This document shows positions 1 through 12,943 of a DNA stretch of 64,000 nucleotides, in pieces. Numbering within the stretch: the first letter of the stretch is position 1; the number at the start of each line of letters is the position of its first letter. Source of the DNA: Candidatus Nomurabacteria bacterium (lineage in GTDB: Bacteria > Patescibacteriota > Saccharimonadia > Saccharimonadales > CAIOMD01); the NCBI GenBank assembly GCA_020631975.1, contig JACKGO010000002.1:71218-135217 (forward strand), in the 5' to 3' direction. Position numbers and translations under genes: made by a program. The notes below the pieces were generated by a model. That model saw only the letters and a list, made by a program, of their open reading frames with translations, was not told the DNA's origin and did no database searches.

Positions 1-495
<495 letters not shown>

Positions 496-645
496 AACAG
501 ACTTAAAAAAAATCTGCGCTGACTTATCTTGAAATTACTTAAAAAGAAATTTACTTATCAACTTGACGTTGACGCTGCACTATTCAATTTTTAACGTCCG
601 ATTTTTTGAGCACATTAAACAATGCGCCTCAAAATATCTTTAGTA

Positions 646-674
646 ATACTACTCTAAATCCACCGCCGGGTCAA
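646..674 (-). promoter_or_regulatory. candidate sigma70-type promoter upstream of 16S rRNA
   Basis: On the minus strand: TTGACC (674->669), a 17-nt spacer, then TAGTAT (651->646). It sits about 150 nt upstream of the 16S 5' end. Confidence 0.35.
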
Positions 675-706
675 GCATGTACGGACATTAAATGTAGTAG
701 ATTTTT

Positions 707-1126
707 CTACAATAATACTACTGTTAGCAGTCCGGTGATGATCCCAACAACCAGACCAGCTAAGACTTCTACTGGTGAGTGCCCCCGAGCATCATGCAGT
801 ACTGCAAGCTTAATATTCGTCTTTTTTGCTAGCTGCTGCAGCGCCTTGGTTTGCTCGCCAGTAGTACGTCTTACCCCCATAGCGTCGTACATGACAATTG
901 CAGTAAATGCTACAGCTATTGCAAAATAGGCAGAACTGATTCCATATTGATACCCCACGGCTGTAGTCAAAGAACTGGTAAACGCAGCGTGCGAACTTGG
1001 CATGCCACCAGATTGAATAGCATCACTAAATTGAATACCATCTTTTCTTAGGGTAAAAATGAATTTTAATAATTGAGCTATTATCCAGCCAGCAAAAGGA
1101 GCAACTAAAATAGCATACTTATTCAC
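707..1126 (-). CDS. divergent PAP2 / acid-phosphatase-related membrane protein (DUF212, YuiD-like)
   Basis: 139 aa and hydrophobic, with the [10 protein letters not shown] motif typical of this family. It overlaps the gyrA stop by 8 nt. Confidence 0.6.
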   Translation of the reverse strand: MNKYAILVAPFAGWIIAQLLKFIFTLRKDGIQFSDAIQSGGMPSSHAAFTSSLTTAVGYQYGISSAYFAIAVAFTAIVMYDAMGVRRTTGEQTKALQQLAKKTNIKLAVLHDARGHSPVEVLAGLVVGIITGLLTVVLL

Positions 1127-3638
1127 TGTCGTCTGCCGTCTCTTCTACTTCTTGTAAGACCTTCGCTACCAATGCAAGAGAAACAACACTATCACCGTTA
1201 TTTAAACGCATGATACGAACACCTTGAGTTGCGCGACCGAGTTCTGATATATCTTTAATGCCTAAACGTATAGTTTGCCCTTGAGAAGAAATGATAATCA
1301 CCTCATTCGCTTCTTCTGTAAGATTGGCGACACCAATTAGATTACCGGTTTTTTTGTTAACAACCGCTGATCTAATACCTACACCACCCCTTTTATGAGC
1401 AGTAAACTGAGCAACCTTCGTACGCTTGCCATACCCTAGTTCGCTAATAACAAATATATTTGAATCTTCGTGAACTATATCCATGCCGATAACGTAATCG
1501 TTCGGGCGCAAACGTATTCCACGTACACCCCTAGATACTCTCCCCATAGCCCTAACTTCTTTTTCATGGAACCGTATCGCTTGACCTAACGATGTAGAAA
1601 TAACTACTTCGTTATCTCCTGTGCTAAAGCGAATCCACTTTAATTCATCACCATCATCTAGGTTAATTGCTATGAGCCCAGAGGTGCGTACATTTCTGTA
1701 CTGTTCGTATGCAGTTTTCTTTACAACACCCCGTACTGTTGCCATGAACAAATATCCGTTCTCTTCTGACTTGCTTACCCTTATAAGTGCACTTACTTTT
1801 TCTTCAGGCTGTAACTGCAATAGGTTTACAATAGCAACGCCCTTTGCATTGAGGCCAGTTGCTGGAATTTCGTAACCTTTTAGTCGGAATACCCTTCCTT
1901 TATTGGTAAAGAACAGCAAAAAGTCATGCGTGCTGGCAATAACAAGATGTTCTATAAGATCTTCATCTCTGGTTGTCATACCGCGACGACCCTTACCACC
2001 GCGACCTTGTCTTTTATAGTCTACAGCTGGGCTTCGTTTAATATAGTTTTCTGTTGTTAGAGTTACTACTACTTGTTCATCAGGAATTAGTTCTTCGTCA
2101 CTAAACTTTCCAAGCTCTTGAGAGACTATCTTGGTACGTCGCTCATCACCGTAGCGCTCTTTAAGGTCGGCAAGTTCTTGCTTGATAATACCCAATATCT
2201 TGGTTTCATCTGCCAAAATAGCCTTGAGGTTAGTAATAAGTTTGATAAGTTCGGCAAGTTCATCTTCAATTTTTTGTCGCTCTAGACCTGTTAGTGTTCT
2301 AAGTGGCAACGCTAAGATAGATTTTGCCTGAATCTCAGACAGCTTAAATTGCTGCATAAGGTTCTTGGAAGCTTCTTCTACCGTCTTAGAAGCACGTATG
2401 ACACGAATTACTTCGTCTATATTATCTAAGGCTACTTTATATCCTTCTAGTATGTGGGCACGAGCCTCTGCCTTCTTGAGCTCGAATTCAGTCCTGCGCC
2501 GTACGACAACTTGGCGATGCTTAATATATTCGTGCAATATATCACTAAGGCTCAGAACTCGTGGTTGAATACCATCAACTAACGCGAGCATATTGTAATG
2601 AAACGATGTTTGCAGTGGAGTAAGTTTATATAATTGATTCAATACTTTTTTAGGGTATGCATCTTTTTTCAGGTCTACCACAATACGCACAATACCGCGG
2701 GCACTTTCGTCTCGTAAGTCAGATATGCCGGTAATCTTTTTATCTTTTACTAAATCAGCAATTTTCTCTATAAGTGACGCTTTGTTTAGATTGTAAGGAA
2801 TTTCCGATATAACAATTCTGAATGCACCTTTTTTAGAACGCTCCTGAATATCTGCCACACCCCTGACAACCACACCACCACGGCCAGTCTTATAAGCAGT
2901 TGTTAACGATTCACTACCGTACACTATGCCACCCGTAGGGAAATCAGGACCTTTCACATATTGCAATAGATCGTCGGTACTTGCTTCTGGTGTGTCTATA
3001 AGATGCGTAATCGCATCAATAATTTCACCCAAGTTATGTGGAGGTATAGACGTAGCCATTCCTACCGCTATTCCAATCTGTCCGTTTAAAAGAAGATTCG
3101 GTAAACGTGCGGGTAAGACAGTTGGTTCTTGCTTGCGGCCGTCATAGTTATCACGCCAGTCAACCGTTTCTTTATCTATATCTACGAGCATTTCTTCTGC
3201 GACCCGAGCCATACGGGCTTCTGTGTATCGCATGGCTGCTGGCGGATCTCCGTCCATAGAGCCAAAGTTACCTTGGCCATCAACCAATGTGTAACGCATA
3301 GACCAATCTTGAGCCATACGTACCATAGAATCGTAAATGGCAGAATCGCCATGCGGGTGGTAATCACCCATCACAGAACCTACCACCGTTGCGGATTTAC
3401 GATGACGTGCTCCGGCACGTAGACCCTCGAGGTTCATGGTGTATAAAATACGACGATGAACAGGCTTAAGTCCATCACGTACGTCAGGTAATGCACGCGA
3501 CACAATGACACTCATAGAGTAGCGTAGGTAGCTATCTTCCATGATATTTTCAACAGAGGTAAGTTCTACTTCTCTTGAATGTGTTTGAGCAGGAATAATT
3601 TCCATATCTGGTGTATCTTTTACTACATCTTCGTCCAT
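1119..3638 (-). CDS. gyrA: DNA gyrase subunit A
   Basis: 839 aa. The N-terminal breakage-reunion domain carries motifs [14 protein letters not shown] and [11 protein letters not shown]-terminal beta-pinwheel repeats are present. It lies directly downstream of gyrB. Confidence 0.97.
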   Translation of the reverse strand: MDEDVVKDTPDMEIIPAQTHSREVELTSVENIMEDSYLRYSMSVIVSRALPDVRDGLKPVHRRILYTMNLEGLRAGARHRKSATVVGSVMGDYHPHGDSAIYDSMVRMAQDWSMRYTLVDGQGNFGSMDGDPPAAMRYTEARMARVAEEMLVDIDKETVDWRDNYDGRKQEPTVLPARLPNLLLNGQIGIAVGMATSIPPHNLGEIIDAITHLIDTPEASTDDLLQYVKGPDFPTGGIVYGSESLTTAYKTGRGGVVVRGVADIQERSKKGAFRIVISEIPYNLNKASLIEKIADLVKDKKITGISDLRDESARGIVRIVVDLKKDAYPKKVLNQLYKLTPLQTSFHYNMLALVDGIQPRVLSLSDILHEYIKHRQVVVRRRTEFELKKAEARAHILEGYKVALDNIDEVIRVIRASKTVEEASKNLMQQFKLSEIQAKSILALPLRTLTGLERQKIEDELAELIKLITNLKAILADETKILGIIKQELADLKERYGDERRTKIVSQELGKFSDEELIPDEQVVVTLTTENYIKRSPAVDYKRQGRGGKGRRGMTTRDEDLIEHLVIASTHDFLLFFTNKGRVFRLKGYEIPATGLNAKGVAIVNLLQLQPEEKVSALIRVSKSEENGYLFMATVRGVVKKTAYEQYRNVRTSGLIAINLDDGDELKWIRFSTGDNEVVISTSLGQAIRFHEKEVRAMGRVSRGVRGIRLRPNDYVIGMDIVHEDSNIFVISELGYGKRTKVAQFTAHKRGGVGIRSAVVNKKTGNLIGVANLTEEANEVIIISSQGQTIRLGIKDISELGRATQGVRIMRLNNGDSVVSLALVAKVLQEVEETADDSE

Positions 3639-3639
3639 A

Positions 3640-5619
<1,980 letters not shown>

Positions 5620-5738
5620 CTACTACTTACTCTCTCTGTTTAGTATCACACTCAATTATATATTTTTCAGGGCAATGTTTCAACCATAAGAATATTGCCT
5701 TTTAGTGTAATAACTGGTTATATAAAAGGGTACAATAA

Positions 5739-7727
5739 TTGTTCATTAGTATATATACAAAAATGTTTCGAAAATTAATATCAAACCTACCATTCCAACC
5801 TTCTTTGCTATCAGATGTAGCCTTTTATGCGCATAGGCTCAAGCAGGAGCACGCTATACGACGTATTGGTTTTATATTAATACTGGTTGGCTTTGGCATA
5901 CAGATTTTTGCTGTCGCTTTTCCACCAGAAGCCTCGTTAGCCACCAACACATCAGACATAGTATACGGAGCAACTACTAAAAAAGATGTGTTACGTGCGT
6001 ATCGTAATAACCAAGACACGCAAGGCCGAAAAGACATAAGAGCAATTTTTGATCATTACGGTATCGGCGAAGCTCAAATTGAAAACGCAACCAAAACTAC
6101 TATTAAAGATAACAACTCAAACTACATAAACACTTCTAGAAGCACTACCAAATATGCAGATACCTTTGTGCCAATTCAAGGAGCCATAGATGGTGGAATT
6201 TATGAATTTCCCCTTAAATATTGGCGCAAAAACGAATTCCCAAACGGTTACCCTGCTCTAACAGGAATATCTACGTACGGATTTAGGTTTTGGATATTAC
6301 TTAAAGGTTGCGGAAATATTGTGTACGAAAAAGGTGCTAAAAAACCGAACTTTGAAATAACCAAACAACTAACTTCTAAATCTACCATCAATGAGGGAGA
6401 AAAGAGTACATACGACATTAGATTCCGTAATACTGGTGCTATTGCGAGTAACCAGACAAAAATTACCGATAGCTTACCTGCTGGGCTAGAGTACGTTTCG
6501 TACAAAAGTACTGCCGATGTACGCTTTCATAAAAAAGGTCAAACCCTCACTTGGGAAATAGCTAATAAAAACAGTAGTTTAAGCCCAGGAAATAGATGGC
6601 ACCAAATAACGGTAACAACAAAATCTACCAAAGCCACTACTAAGAAGCTGTGTAATGCAGTGGTAATTAATGCCGGGAACGCCAAACGTGCTGAAGCAAA
6701 AGATACTACATGCATTACGGTTGTTAAGCCTACGTGCCCTGGTACAGGGTTACCTATTCCCGCGGGAGGTGTTGGAGCCTGCCTAGTTCAATGCCCAGAC
6801 GGCTCGCAGATTCCGTATAATCAAAGTTGTAGTGTACCCCAACTTAGTTGTAGTAATTTACAAGTAGTCGCTGCATCAGCCTGGAACACCAGAGAACTGC
6901 AAACTACGGTCGCCAGCCAGCCGGGCGCTGCTGTGCGACAGGTTGACTTTTACATAAATGGGCAATTAGCTGGCTCTTCACAAAATGCAACAAGCCAAGG
7001 AGTGTATTCGTATACGGGCAGCTTCCCTGATGCAGGCACGTACATAATCAAAAGTGAGGTCATTGCTGCTAATGGGCAGGTTCAGCCCAGCCAAAACTGT
7101 ATGTACGAAGAAACAATTAATAAACCAGACGTTAATGGACCAATCTTGGTAACAGATAAACGTGTTCGGAATGAGACACAAAATATTGATAACGCGAACA
7201 ACACAACCGCCAACCCTGGTGATCAGCTAACGTATAGTCTTACTATCACCAACCAAGGTGCCAGCCCAGCCGTAGACCTAGCGCTCTCTGGTGAATACGC
7301 TGAAGATATACGTGATATTTTAGAATATGCCGATATTGTGACACTTAACGACGGTGTGCTTAATAAAGAAACCAGCAAAATTACATGGGCAGCTACTACA
7401 ATTGCGCCCGGGCAAACCATAACTAAAACATTCGCCGTTAAGGTCAAAGATCCTTTGCCTGCTACACCAATATCATTGTCTAACCCATTATCGTATGACT
7501 ATGAAATGCACAATAAGTTTGGCCGAACAGTTGTTGTTAAGCTGAATAAACCTGGTTCAAAAGCTATTGAACAAACTGCGAGCATGCTACCTAATACTGG
7601 TCCAGGAAGCACGTTACTAATGAGTACACTGATAGTAGTCGTTGTTGCCTATTTTTACTATCGTAATAAACTACTCTCAAAAGAATTGGGTATTATTCAA
7701 AAAGAGTTTCAAGCGGGAGGACTATAG
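5739..7727 (+). CDS. LPXTG-type cell-surface protein with DUF11-like repeat domains
   Basis: 662 aa with an N-terminal TM/signal segment. Repeated blocks resemble DUF11 (TDSLPAGLEYVS, GDQLTYSLTITNQG). The C-terminal sorting signal is LPNTG (7587-7601), followed by a hydrophobic helix and a basic tail. The TTG start at 5739 is uncertain; an ATG at 5763 is possible. Confidence 0.7.
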   Translation: MFISIYTKMFRKLISNLPFQPSLLSDVAFYAHRLKQEHAIRRIGFILILVGFGIQIFAVAFPPEASLATNTSDIVYGATTKKDVLRAYRNNQDTQGRKDIRAIFDHYGIGEAQIENATKTTIKDNNSNYINTSRSTTKYADTFVPIQGAIDGGIYEFPLKYWRKNEFPNGYPALTGISTYGFRFWILLKGCGNIVYEKGAKKPNFEITKQLTSKSTINEGEKSTYDIRFRNTGAIASNQTKITDSLPAGLEYVSYKSTADVRFHKKGQTLTWEIANKNSSLSPGNRWHQITVTTKSTKATTKKLCNAVVINAGNAKRAEAKDTTCITVVKPTCPGTGLPIPAGGVGACLVQCPDGSQIPYNQSCSVPQLSCSNLQVVAASAWNTRELQTTVASQPGAAVRQVDFYINGQLAGSSQNATSQGVYSYTGSFPDAGTYIIKSEVIAANGQVQPSQNCMYEETINKPDVNGPILVTDKRVRNETQNIDNANNTTANPGDQLTYSLTITNQGASPAVDLALSGEYAEDIRDILEYADIVTLNDGVLNKETSKITWAATTIAPGQTITKTFAVKVKDPLPATPISLSNPLSYDYEMHNKFGRTVVVKLNKPGSKAIEQTASMLPNTGPGSTLLMSTLIVVVVAYFYYRNKLLSKELGIIQKEFQAGGL

Positions 7728-7729
7728 GT

Positions 7730-8293
7730 ATGTCAGAAAAACTTCGCCACAACCACGAACAACAGTCTAATCACACTGAGAAAAAACCATACCACCACGA
7801 AACTATTCGTAAACACGAGACGCACACGTCTCCTGAACGTACACATTCTAAAGAGGCTATTTATAAGACAATAGAAAGTCAGGCTAAAAGCAAAGATAGC
7901 TTAAACATAACCCACACAGAAAAAGAGCATCATCAGCGACCTCATCACTATATTACCCGCAGCGTTAAACTTGGTGTGTATACCCACACAATTAAGCGTG
8001 TACAAAGCCAGCTAAAGCCCACAGAGCGCGTTTTTAGTAAAATTATACATAACGATACTATTGAAACTATAAGCGAGCTTGGCGCGGACACTGTGGGACG
8101 TTCCAGCGCAATTCTAGGCGGAGGCATCGTCATGGTCTTCGCTGGACTCGGCTTACTACTCACTGCCCGGTATTTTGGTTTTACAATACCCTTAAGTAGC
8201 CTCATTGTGTTATATGTAATCGGTTTTGTATTAGTGTTTATCGTTGATATCGCAAGCAAACCTCTAAAAAATCGGCGCCGTAAACACAACTAA
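7730..8293 (+). CDS. hypothetical His/Lys/Glu-rich protein with C-terminal TM segments
   Basis: 187 aa. It starts 3 nt after the LPXTG gene stop, so co-transcription is likely. The N-terminal half is low-complexity and His-rich, followed by two predicted TM helices. Confidence 0.4.
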   Translation: MSEKLRHNHEQQSNHTEKKPYHHETIRKHETHTSPERTHSKEAIYKTIESQAKSKDSLNITHTEKEHHQRPHHYITRSVKLGVYTHTIKRVQSQLKPTERVFSKIIHNDTIETISELGADTVGRSSAILGGGIVMVFAGLGLLLTARYFGFTIPLSSLIVLYVIGFVLVFIVDIASKPLKNRRRKHN

Positions 8294-8317
8294 CGCACGT
8301 ATTTCTTTTTTCGTTTT

Positions 8318-11236
8318 TTATGAACTGGTTTTAGAGGTTAGATTACCATTCTTGTCTATATGTATTGTGTCATCATGAGAAAACATACCTTTTGTACCAG
8401 TTTTTGCCACAATACTATCTTTTTGGGTAGAGGTACCTTGTTGAGAACTACTTGTGGTATCTGTTTTTGTATTGAGTGATTCTTTGAGTTTATTTGCAAT
8501 GGAATCTATTTCTTGGTTATCTACAGTTTTACTACTGATATTTCGGTTGGTAGAAATATCGCCTTTTGGTACTGTCTCTGCAGCCTTGGGGGTTGTTGGG
8601 GCTGCTTGAGCTGCTGTTTGTTGTGGCCCAGCCGCCATCGCCGGATTCGTAATACGTTTGGCGTCTTGCGCTCGGCGCTTTGCCAGCCAATCATCTAAAA
8701 ACGAGCTCTGGCCGGGCGGCTTAGGAGGTGCAATCCCTCCACCGAAAGCTCCTCCCCTCGCACCCAGGGTTGGTTTGGGTTTTTCTTCTGTCGTGAGTCT
8801 ATTGAAGATTTCTTTCTCCACAATCGCTTTTGGTCTACCGTATTTAACTGCTGAAAGCTGTTTAAGAGCATCTGATAGTTGCTTGTTTGTATGGCCTAGT
8901 GGCGGGAGGTTAGCCATACTGAAAGGTTGCGTGGGCACGCCTCCAATGAGCATTTTTACAATTGTATTATAGTTGGGTAGCTGCTGTAAGTCGTCTATAT
9001 CAAAGATAGGTCTAAAGTACCGTTCAAGCACTTCTGCATCTTGATTACCAACACGATGTGAAATAACGGTACCAATGTTTCCAAAAATAGCATCCCGAAC
9101 TTCTTCAGTTAGTTGGGTGGTAAACTGGTTCGCCACTATAAGGTTTAGTCCAAATTTACGAGCCTCACTTAAAATGGTAGCAAAAGAATCTGTTGAGAAA
9201 TTTTGAAATTCGTCTACATATAAACTAAAATCCCTCCGCTGAGCTTCTGGTATATCTGCCCGGCTCATGGCTGCTGCTTGAAATTTCATAACAAAAATCA
9301 TCCCTAAAAGCTTTGAGTTAAGCTCACCTGTCCGCCCCTTACTTAGATTAACCAGTAATATTTTACCTTCGTCCATGATTTTTCTAAGGTCAAAGGAACT
9401 AGTATTCTGGCCAATAATGTTACGCATCATTTCGTTAGACATAAAGGCTCCAAACTTGCTAACGACCCAGCTTGTCACTTCTCCGGATTCGTTAGAACGT
9501 TGTGAATTTGGAAACTCTTTCGTCCAGAAATCTAGCACCATACGATCATTTGTGTATTTCAGTTTTTGTTTTGCGTAATCATAGTCCGTAAGTAGTTTAG
9601 GTATGTCTATAAAAGTTCCACCGTGAGGATCTGCCATAAGGAGTAATGCACAATTTCTAAAGATATGTTCGTAGCGTGGCCCAATAATTCCTTGATGTTG
9701 AGGGTCATATAATTTATACAACATAGAAATTACTTCTTGAATCAAAAAGTCTTTTTGTTCAGGCAAGCTATATTCAAATAAGTTAAGCCCAAGAGGATAA
9801 TCCATATCTGACGGACAAAAATAAATTACATCTTCTGTTCTTTCTTTTGGCACCATTCCTAGCAGAGTCTCAGCTGTGTCACCGTGAGGATCAATAAAAG
9901 CAAACCCACGACCTTCTATCATATCTTGCAGCGCAAGGTTCTCTAAAAATACAGATTTACCGACACCGGTCTGACCGACAATATACATATGGCGGCGGCG
10001 ATCGTTTTCGCTCAGCCTGATAGGCTTTTTGGCACCCCTAAAAACGTTGTAGCCAAGTAAGAGCCCATCTTCAAGCAAATTACGAGGTCCATCAACTTGT
10101 TTTGACTGTTGACGCTCAAGCTGTGTGGTTGGGACATTAGAAGAATCTGGCAAATGAAATATCGTTGCTAGTTCTACATCATTTAAAATACTCTTTCTGT
10201 ATTCTGGTGGGAAAAATCGTAAAATATACGCGAGAACAAAGCTGTCTATATCCTTGGCTGGAATAAATTTAAACCCATTTCTGCCGGTAGCTTCATATAA
10301 AGAAAATACTGCGACAATGTTGTTTAAAATAACTTGCGATCGGTGCGAAATATTAGACGACGCTACTACCCGAACCAAGACTTCAAAACCATTATGCCGA
10401 GCTTTTTCTTCTATTGCTTCTGCGCGGGCTTGATCGGTACCAGAAACAGTTGGTGGTTCTACTGAGTTTTGACCTTCTTTTGCCTCTGGTGGTTTAACCG
10501 GCGCTGTGAATATTTGGCGGACCCACCAAAAAGCCAAATCTGCACCTTTTCTATTTTTCTTGCCTTGCCGTAAATTACTTGACTCGGTACTGGCTAGCTT
10601 AGTCCAGCCCGAGCTGGTAGGCCTAATAAGTATTTGAACCCCCGCACCATCTTCTCTTTCTAGTGACGACAAGGCGTTTAACAAGGCCTGCATAGTATCA
10701 CGCTTAATCTCTTGATACGTCGCTATAGGATATACCGACGATTCTTTTAGCACTAATTCCCCGCCAATGGTACCGCTCGCTTTACCGACAGGGCTAAATA
10801 TATTATGTTCGGCTACTTCTTCTAACCGGCTATTTGGGTAGGCGCTCAAGATTGCTTGTTCTATTACCGGCACCAATGTAATTGGAGCGGCCGTATAAAA
10901 ATACACTTTTCCCTTATGCGCTACAATTTCTAAGCTAATATGTCGCTGACCATACAAGTTACTTTTAAAGCCTTTCTTGGTGGTACTCGCCAGTATGTTA
11001 TACAGAGTTTGCGCCTTGAATATACTCTCGTCGGCTATATCGCGAGCATCGCGGCCTTTGCTTTCTAGATCGTCACTGCTTGGTGGTAAATGGATAAGCA
11101 AAGGTACCATTTTTAAGCCTCTTTCGTAGTTCTTTGCTTCTCGTAGGTTTTTCCTTGCAAAGAATAACATTCCACCAGCTAAACTGGGGATTACCACCAA
11201 AATAACTATAAGTAAAAATGAGGCCGAACTACTCAT
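8318..11236 (-). CDS. membrane-anchored TraD/VirD4/TraG-like P-loop ATPase (FtsK/HerA superfamily, coupling-protein type)
   Basis: 972 aa with an N-terminal TM helix. It has Walker A GQTGVGKS and a Walker-B-like LYVDEFQNF. The C-terminal tail of about 200 aa is low-complexity and Pro/Ala/Thr-rich. Confidence 0.65.
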   Translation of the reverse strand: MSSSASFLLIVILVVIPSLAGGMLFFARKNLREAKNYERGLKMVPLLIHLPPSSDDLESKGRDARDIADESIFKAQTLYNILASTTKKGFKSNLYGQRHISLEIVAHKGKVYFYTAAPITLVPVIEQAILSAYPNSRLEEVAEHNIFSPVGKASGTIGGELVLKESSVYPIATYQEIKRDTMQALLNALSSLEREDGAGVQILIRPTSSGWTKLASTESSNLRQGKKNRKGADLAFWWVRQIFTAPVKPPEAKEGQNSVEPPTVSGTDQARAEAIEEKARHNGFEVLVRVVASSNISHRSQVILNNIVAVFSLYEATGRNGFKFIPAKDIDSFVLAYILRFFPPEYRKSILNDVELATIFHLPDSSNVPTTQLERQQSKQVDGPRNLLEDGLLLGYNVFRGAKKPIRLSENDRRRHMYIVGQTGVGKSVFLENLALQDMIEGRGFAFIDPHGDTAETLLGMVPKERTEDVIYFCPSDMDYPLGLNLFEYSLPEQKDFLIQEVISMLYKLYDPQHQGIIGPRYEHIFRNCALLLMADPHGGTFIDIPKLLTDYDYAKQKLKYTNDRMVLDFWTKEFPNSQRSNESGEVTSWVVSKFGAFMSNEMMRNIIGQNTSSFDLRKIMDEGKILLVNLSKGRTGELNSKLLGMIFVMKFQAAAMSRADIPEAQRRDFSLYVDEFQNFSTDSFATILSEARKFGLNLIVANQFTTQLTEEVRDAIFGNIGTVISHRVGNQDAEVLERYFRPIFDIDDLQQLPNYNTIVKMLIGGVPTQPFSMANLPPLGHTNKQLSDALKQLSAVKYGRPKAIVEKEIFNRLTTEEKPKPTLGARGGAFGGGIAPPKPPGQSSFLDDWLAKRRAQDAKRITNPAMAAGPQQTAAQAAPTTPKAAETVPKGDISTNRNISSKTVDNQEIDSIANKLKESLNTKTDTTSSSQQGTSTQKDSIVAKTGTKGMFSHDDTIHIDKNGNLTSKTSS

Positions 11237-11250
11237 GTCGTACCATATTA

Positions 11251-11685
11251 TTACTTTTTAGACGTGTCTTCTTTGGGGATAGCAATTGTTTTTCCATAGC
11301 GTTGCTGTATGTACTCTTTCTTTAAACCAGTCAGCTGATTAGACTTTGCATGTGGATCACCTTGTGTTCGAACGACAATTTCTTTAGCTTTATCTACCCA
11401 TTCCTTCTCAATCACATCGTTATCATCAGCTATCACCGCTGCTGTACTCTGAGGGTCGGTACTCGGCTGAAGCTGCTGCAACGGCATAGCAGGTACTGCA
11501 ACCGCACTTACCGCTTGGGAAACGGCGCTATTTGCTGCAGATAAACGCTCACCTGGCATGGGAGCAACTTTTAACTCTGGTGTTACATGACCAAAACCCT
11601 CTTTGCCAAAATCTGGCAAGGCCTCTCCGTTAGATACGTGAGGTTTTGGCAACTCGTGTTGCGGTGGTGTTTGCATTCCATCCAT
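11251..11685 (-). CDS. hypothetical protein
   Basis: 144-aa ORF, co-oriented with and 14 nt upstream of the ATPase gene. No motif recognised. Confidence 0.4.
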   Translation of the reverse strand: MDGMQTPPQHELPKPHVSNGEALPDFGKEGFGHVTPELKVAPMPGERLSAANSAVSQAVSAVAVPAMPLQQLQPSTDPQSTAAVIADDNDVIEKEWVDKAKEIVVRTQGDPHAKSNQLTGLKKEYIQQRYGKTIAIPKEDTSKK

Positions 11686-11728
11686 CAGAGGTTAGTATAT
11701 CAAAATAAAGAGTTTATGTTTATACCAT

Positions 11729-12079
11729 TTATTTTTTATATGTGGCATACCATGCTATCAATATGATTGTTGCAAATAATATAAATAAATCTAGTACTGT
11801 TGCCTGCCGGAGCGAAGCAAACATAATAAGAGCTGGTGGTACGCATGCAAATAAGAAAGTCATAGTGATATGGCTATACCAACTCTTTCCTGTATACAAA
11901 GCAAAAAATAAGGCTATAACATTCGCCGATAATACATATACTAAGATTAATATAATCAAGACAGGTACGGCTGTATCCGTTTTTGGTGTAATACTGCCAG
12001 CGAAAATCAAAAATATAGTTGATAAGCTTAATAAACTAGTCGTAAGGAACAATATCTGTTTTTTCATACTTTTAACCAT
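11729..12079 (-). CDS. small 4-TM membrane protein, unknown function
   Basis: 116 aa with four hydrophobic helices. The overlapping plus-strand ORF 11742..12086 is rejected as antisense. Confidence 0.5.
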   Translation of the reverse strand: MVKSMKKQILFLTTSLLSLSTIFLIFAGSITPKTDTAVPVLIILILVYVLSANVIALFFALYTGKSWYSHITMTFLFACVPPALIMFASLRQATVLDLFILFATIILIAWYATYKK

Positions 12080-12093
12080 ACCTTAAGTTTCTC

Positions 12094-12133
12094 ATAAAAG
12101 TGAATATCCGCCCCCAACCAGGCGGATATTCAC
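12094..12133 (-). terminator. intrinsic terminator-like hairpin immediately upstream of the 4-TM gene
   Basis: A perfect 13-bp stem, GTGAATATCCGCC (12100-12112) with GGCGGATATTCAC (12121-12133). On the minus strand it is followed by TTTTAT (12099->12094). It lies about 15 nt before the ATG at 12079. Confidence 0.55.
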
Positions 12134-12300
12134 CAACAACGTAAAATGTATACTTGGAGTTCTGAGACGGTAAATCCGCTCTGTAAAATTACTATTTAGC
12201 GCTTACCGTCTGGCAGAACTTTGACTGACCGCTCTCTCTGCCTTTAGGGCTTCGAGGGCGTTAACGAACACTTGTTTGTACATTTTGTAAGGTTTTTATG
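12094..12300 (-). ncRNA. candidate structured leader or small RNA (class unknown)
   Basis: The unit ends at the terminator above. It contains a second long imperfect hairpin, 12159-12173 pairing with 12203-12219. No credible ORF is present. The 5' boundary and promoter are not resolved. Confidence 0.3.
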
Positions 12301-12725
12301 TTTTTCTTACATGTATGAAGCGTAGCAAAATAATGCATTTTAGTCAAGTATAACGTAGTTATTATTACTACTTTCATCTGTATATTAGTTAATTATTTTG
12401 TTGTTATAAATATAACATATTTTCTGTATACATAATTAAGTTGTTTACATGTATGCTGCTTTCAGGTGCTTTTATGGTATGGCCGATAGATATTTCGTAG
12501 GACTACGTTTATACGTTCTAGCGAATCTCTATAGGTTGTTCATTATGCACACAACACTACAAAGATTAAGGTTTTTATTGTGTGTGGTTACGAAGCAGAA
12601 ACAACCACCACGGTTTGTTATTATGAGCGATAACTTACCCTTCAAAAACATATTAATACGTCTAGCAGTAGCTGTATTTAAAAAAATGCAGTTTGTATTA
12701 ATTACCTAAAATTATAAAAAAGTCA

Positions 12726-12755
12726 TTGACAGCAATTTTGCTTATCCTTTACTAT
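12726..12755 (+). promoter_or_regulatory. candidate sigma70-type promoter for the comM leader
   Basis: TTGACA (12726-12731), an 18-nt spacer, then TACTAT (12750-12755). Confidence 0.45.
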
Positions 12756-12876
12756 GAACTTAGCGCTTGAATAAAAAAAGTGCTCAAAAACAAAAACCTG
12801 GCTTTAATAACAACGGCTTCTCGCAAGCCGTTGTTCCAAGCAAATCAGGTTTTACACAGACACAAAAACCTATATA

Positions 12877-12912
12877 CCGTCATCACCCGCAGCTTGATGA
12901 CGGTATTTTTTA
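12877..12912 (+). terminator. terminator-like hairpin inside the comM leader (possible attenuator)
   Basis: CCGTCATCA (12877-12885) pairs with TGATGACGG (12895-12903), followed by TATTTTTTA. It lies about 30 nt upstream of the RBS-proximal ATG at 12944. Confidence 0.5.
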
Positions 12913-12943
12913 TTCATACTCATATTGTTGTACTATAGGGGGT

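Noticed and set aside
12449-12709. 86-aa ORF in the long 12.08-12.94 kb spacer
   Set aside because: It has no RBS, and its Cys/Phe/Leu/Arg-rich composition is typical of random AT-rich translation. The region is better treated as non-coding.
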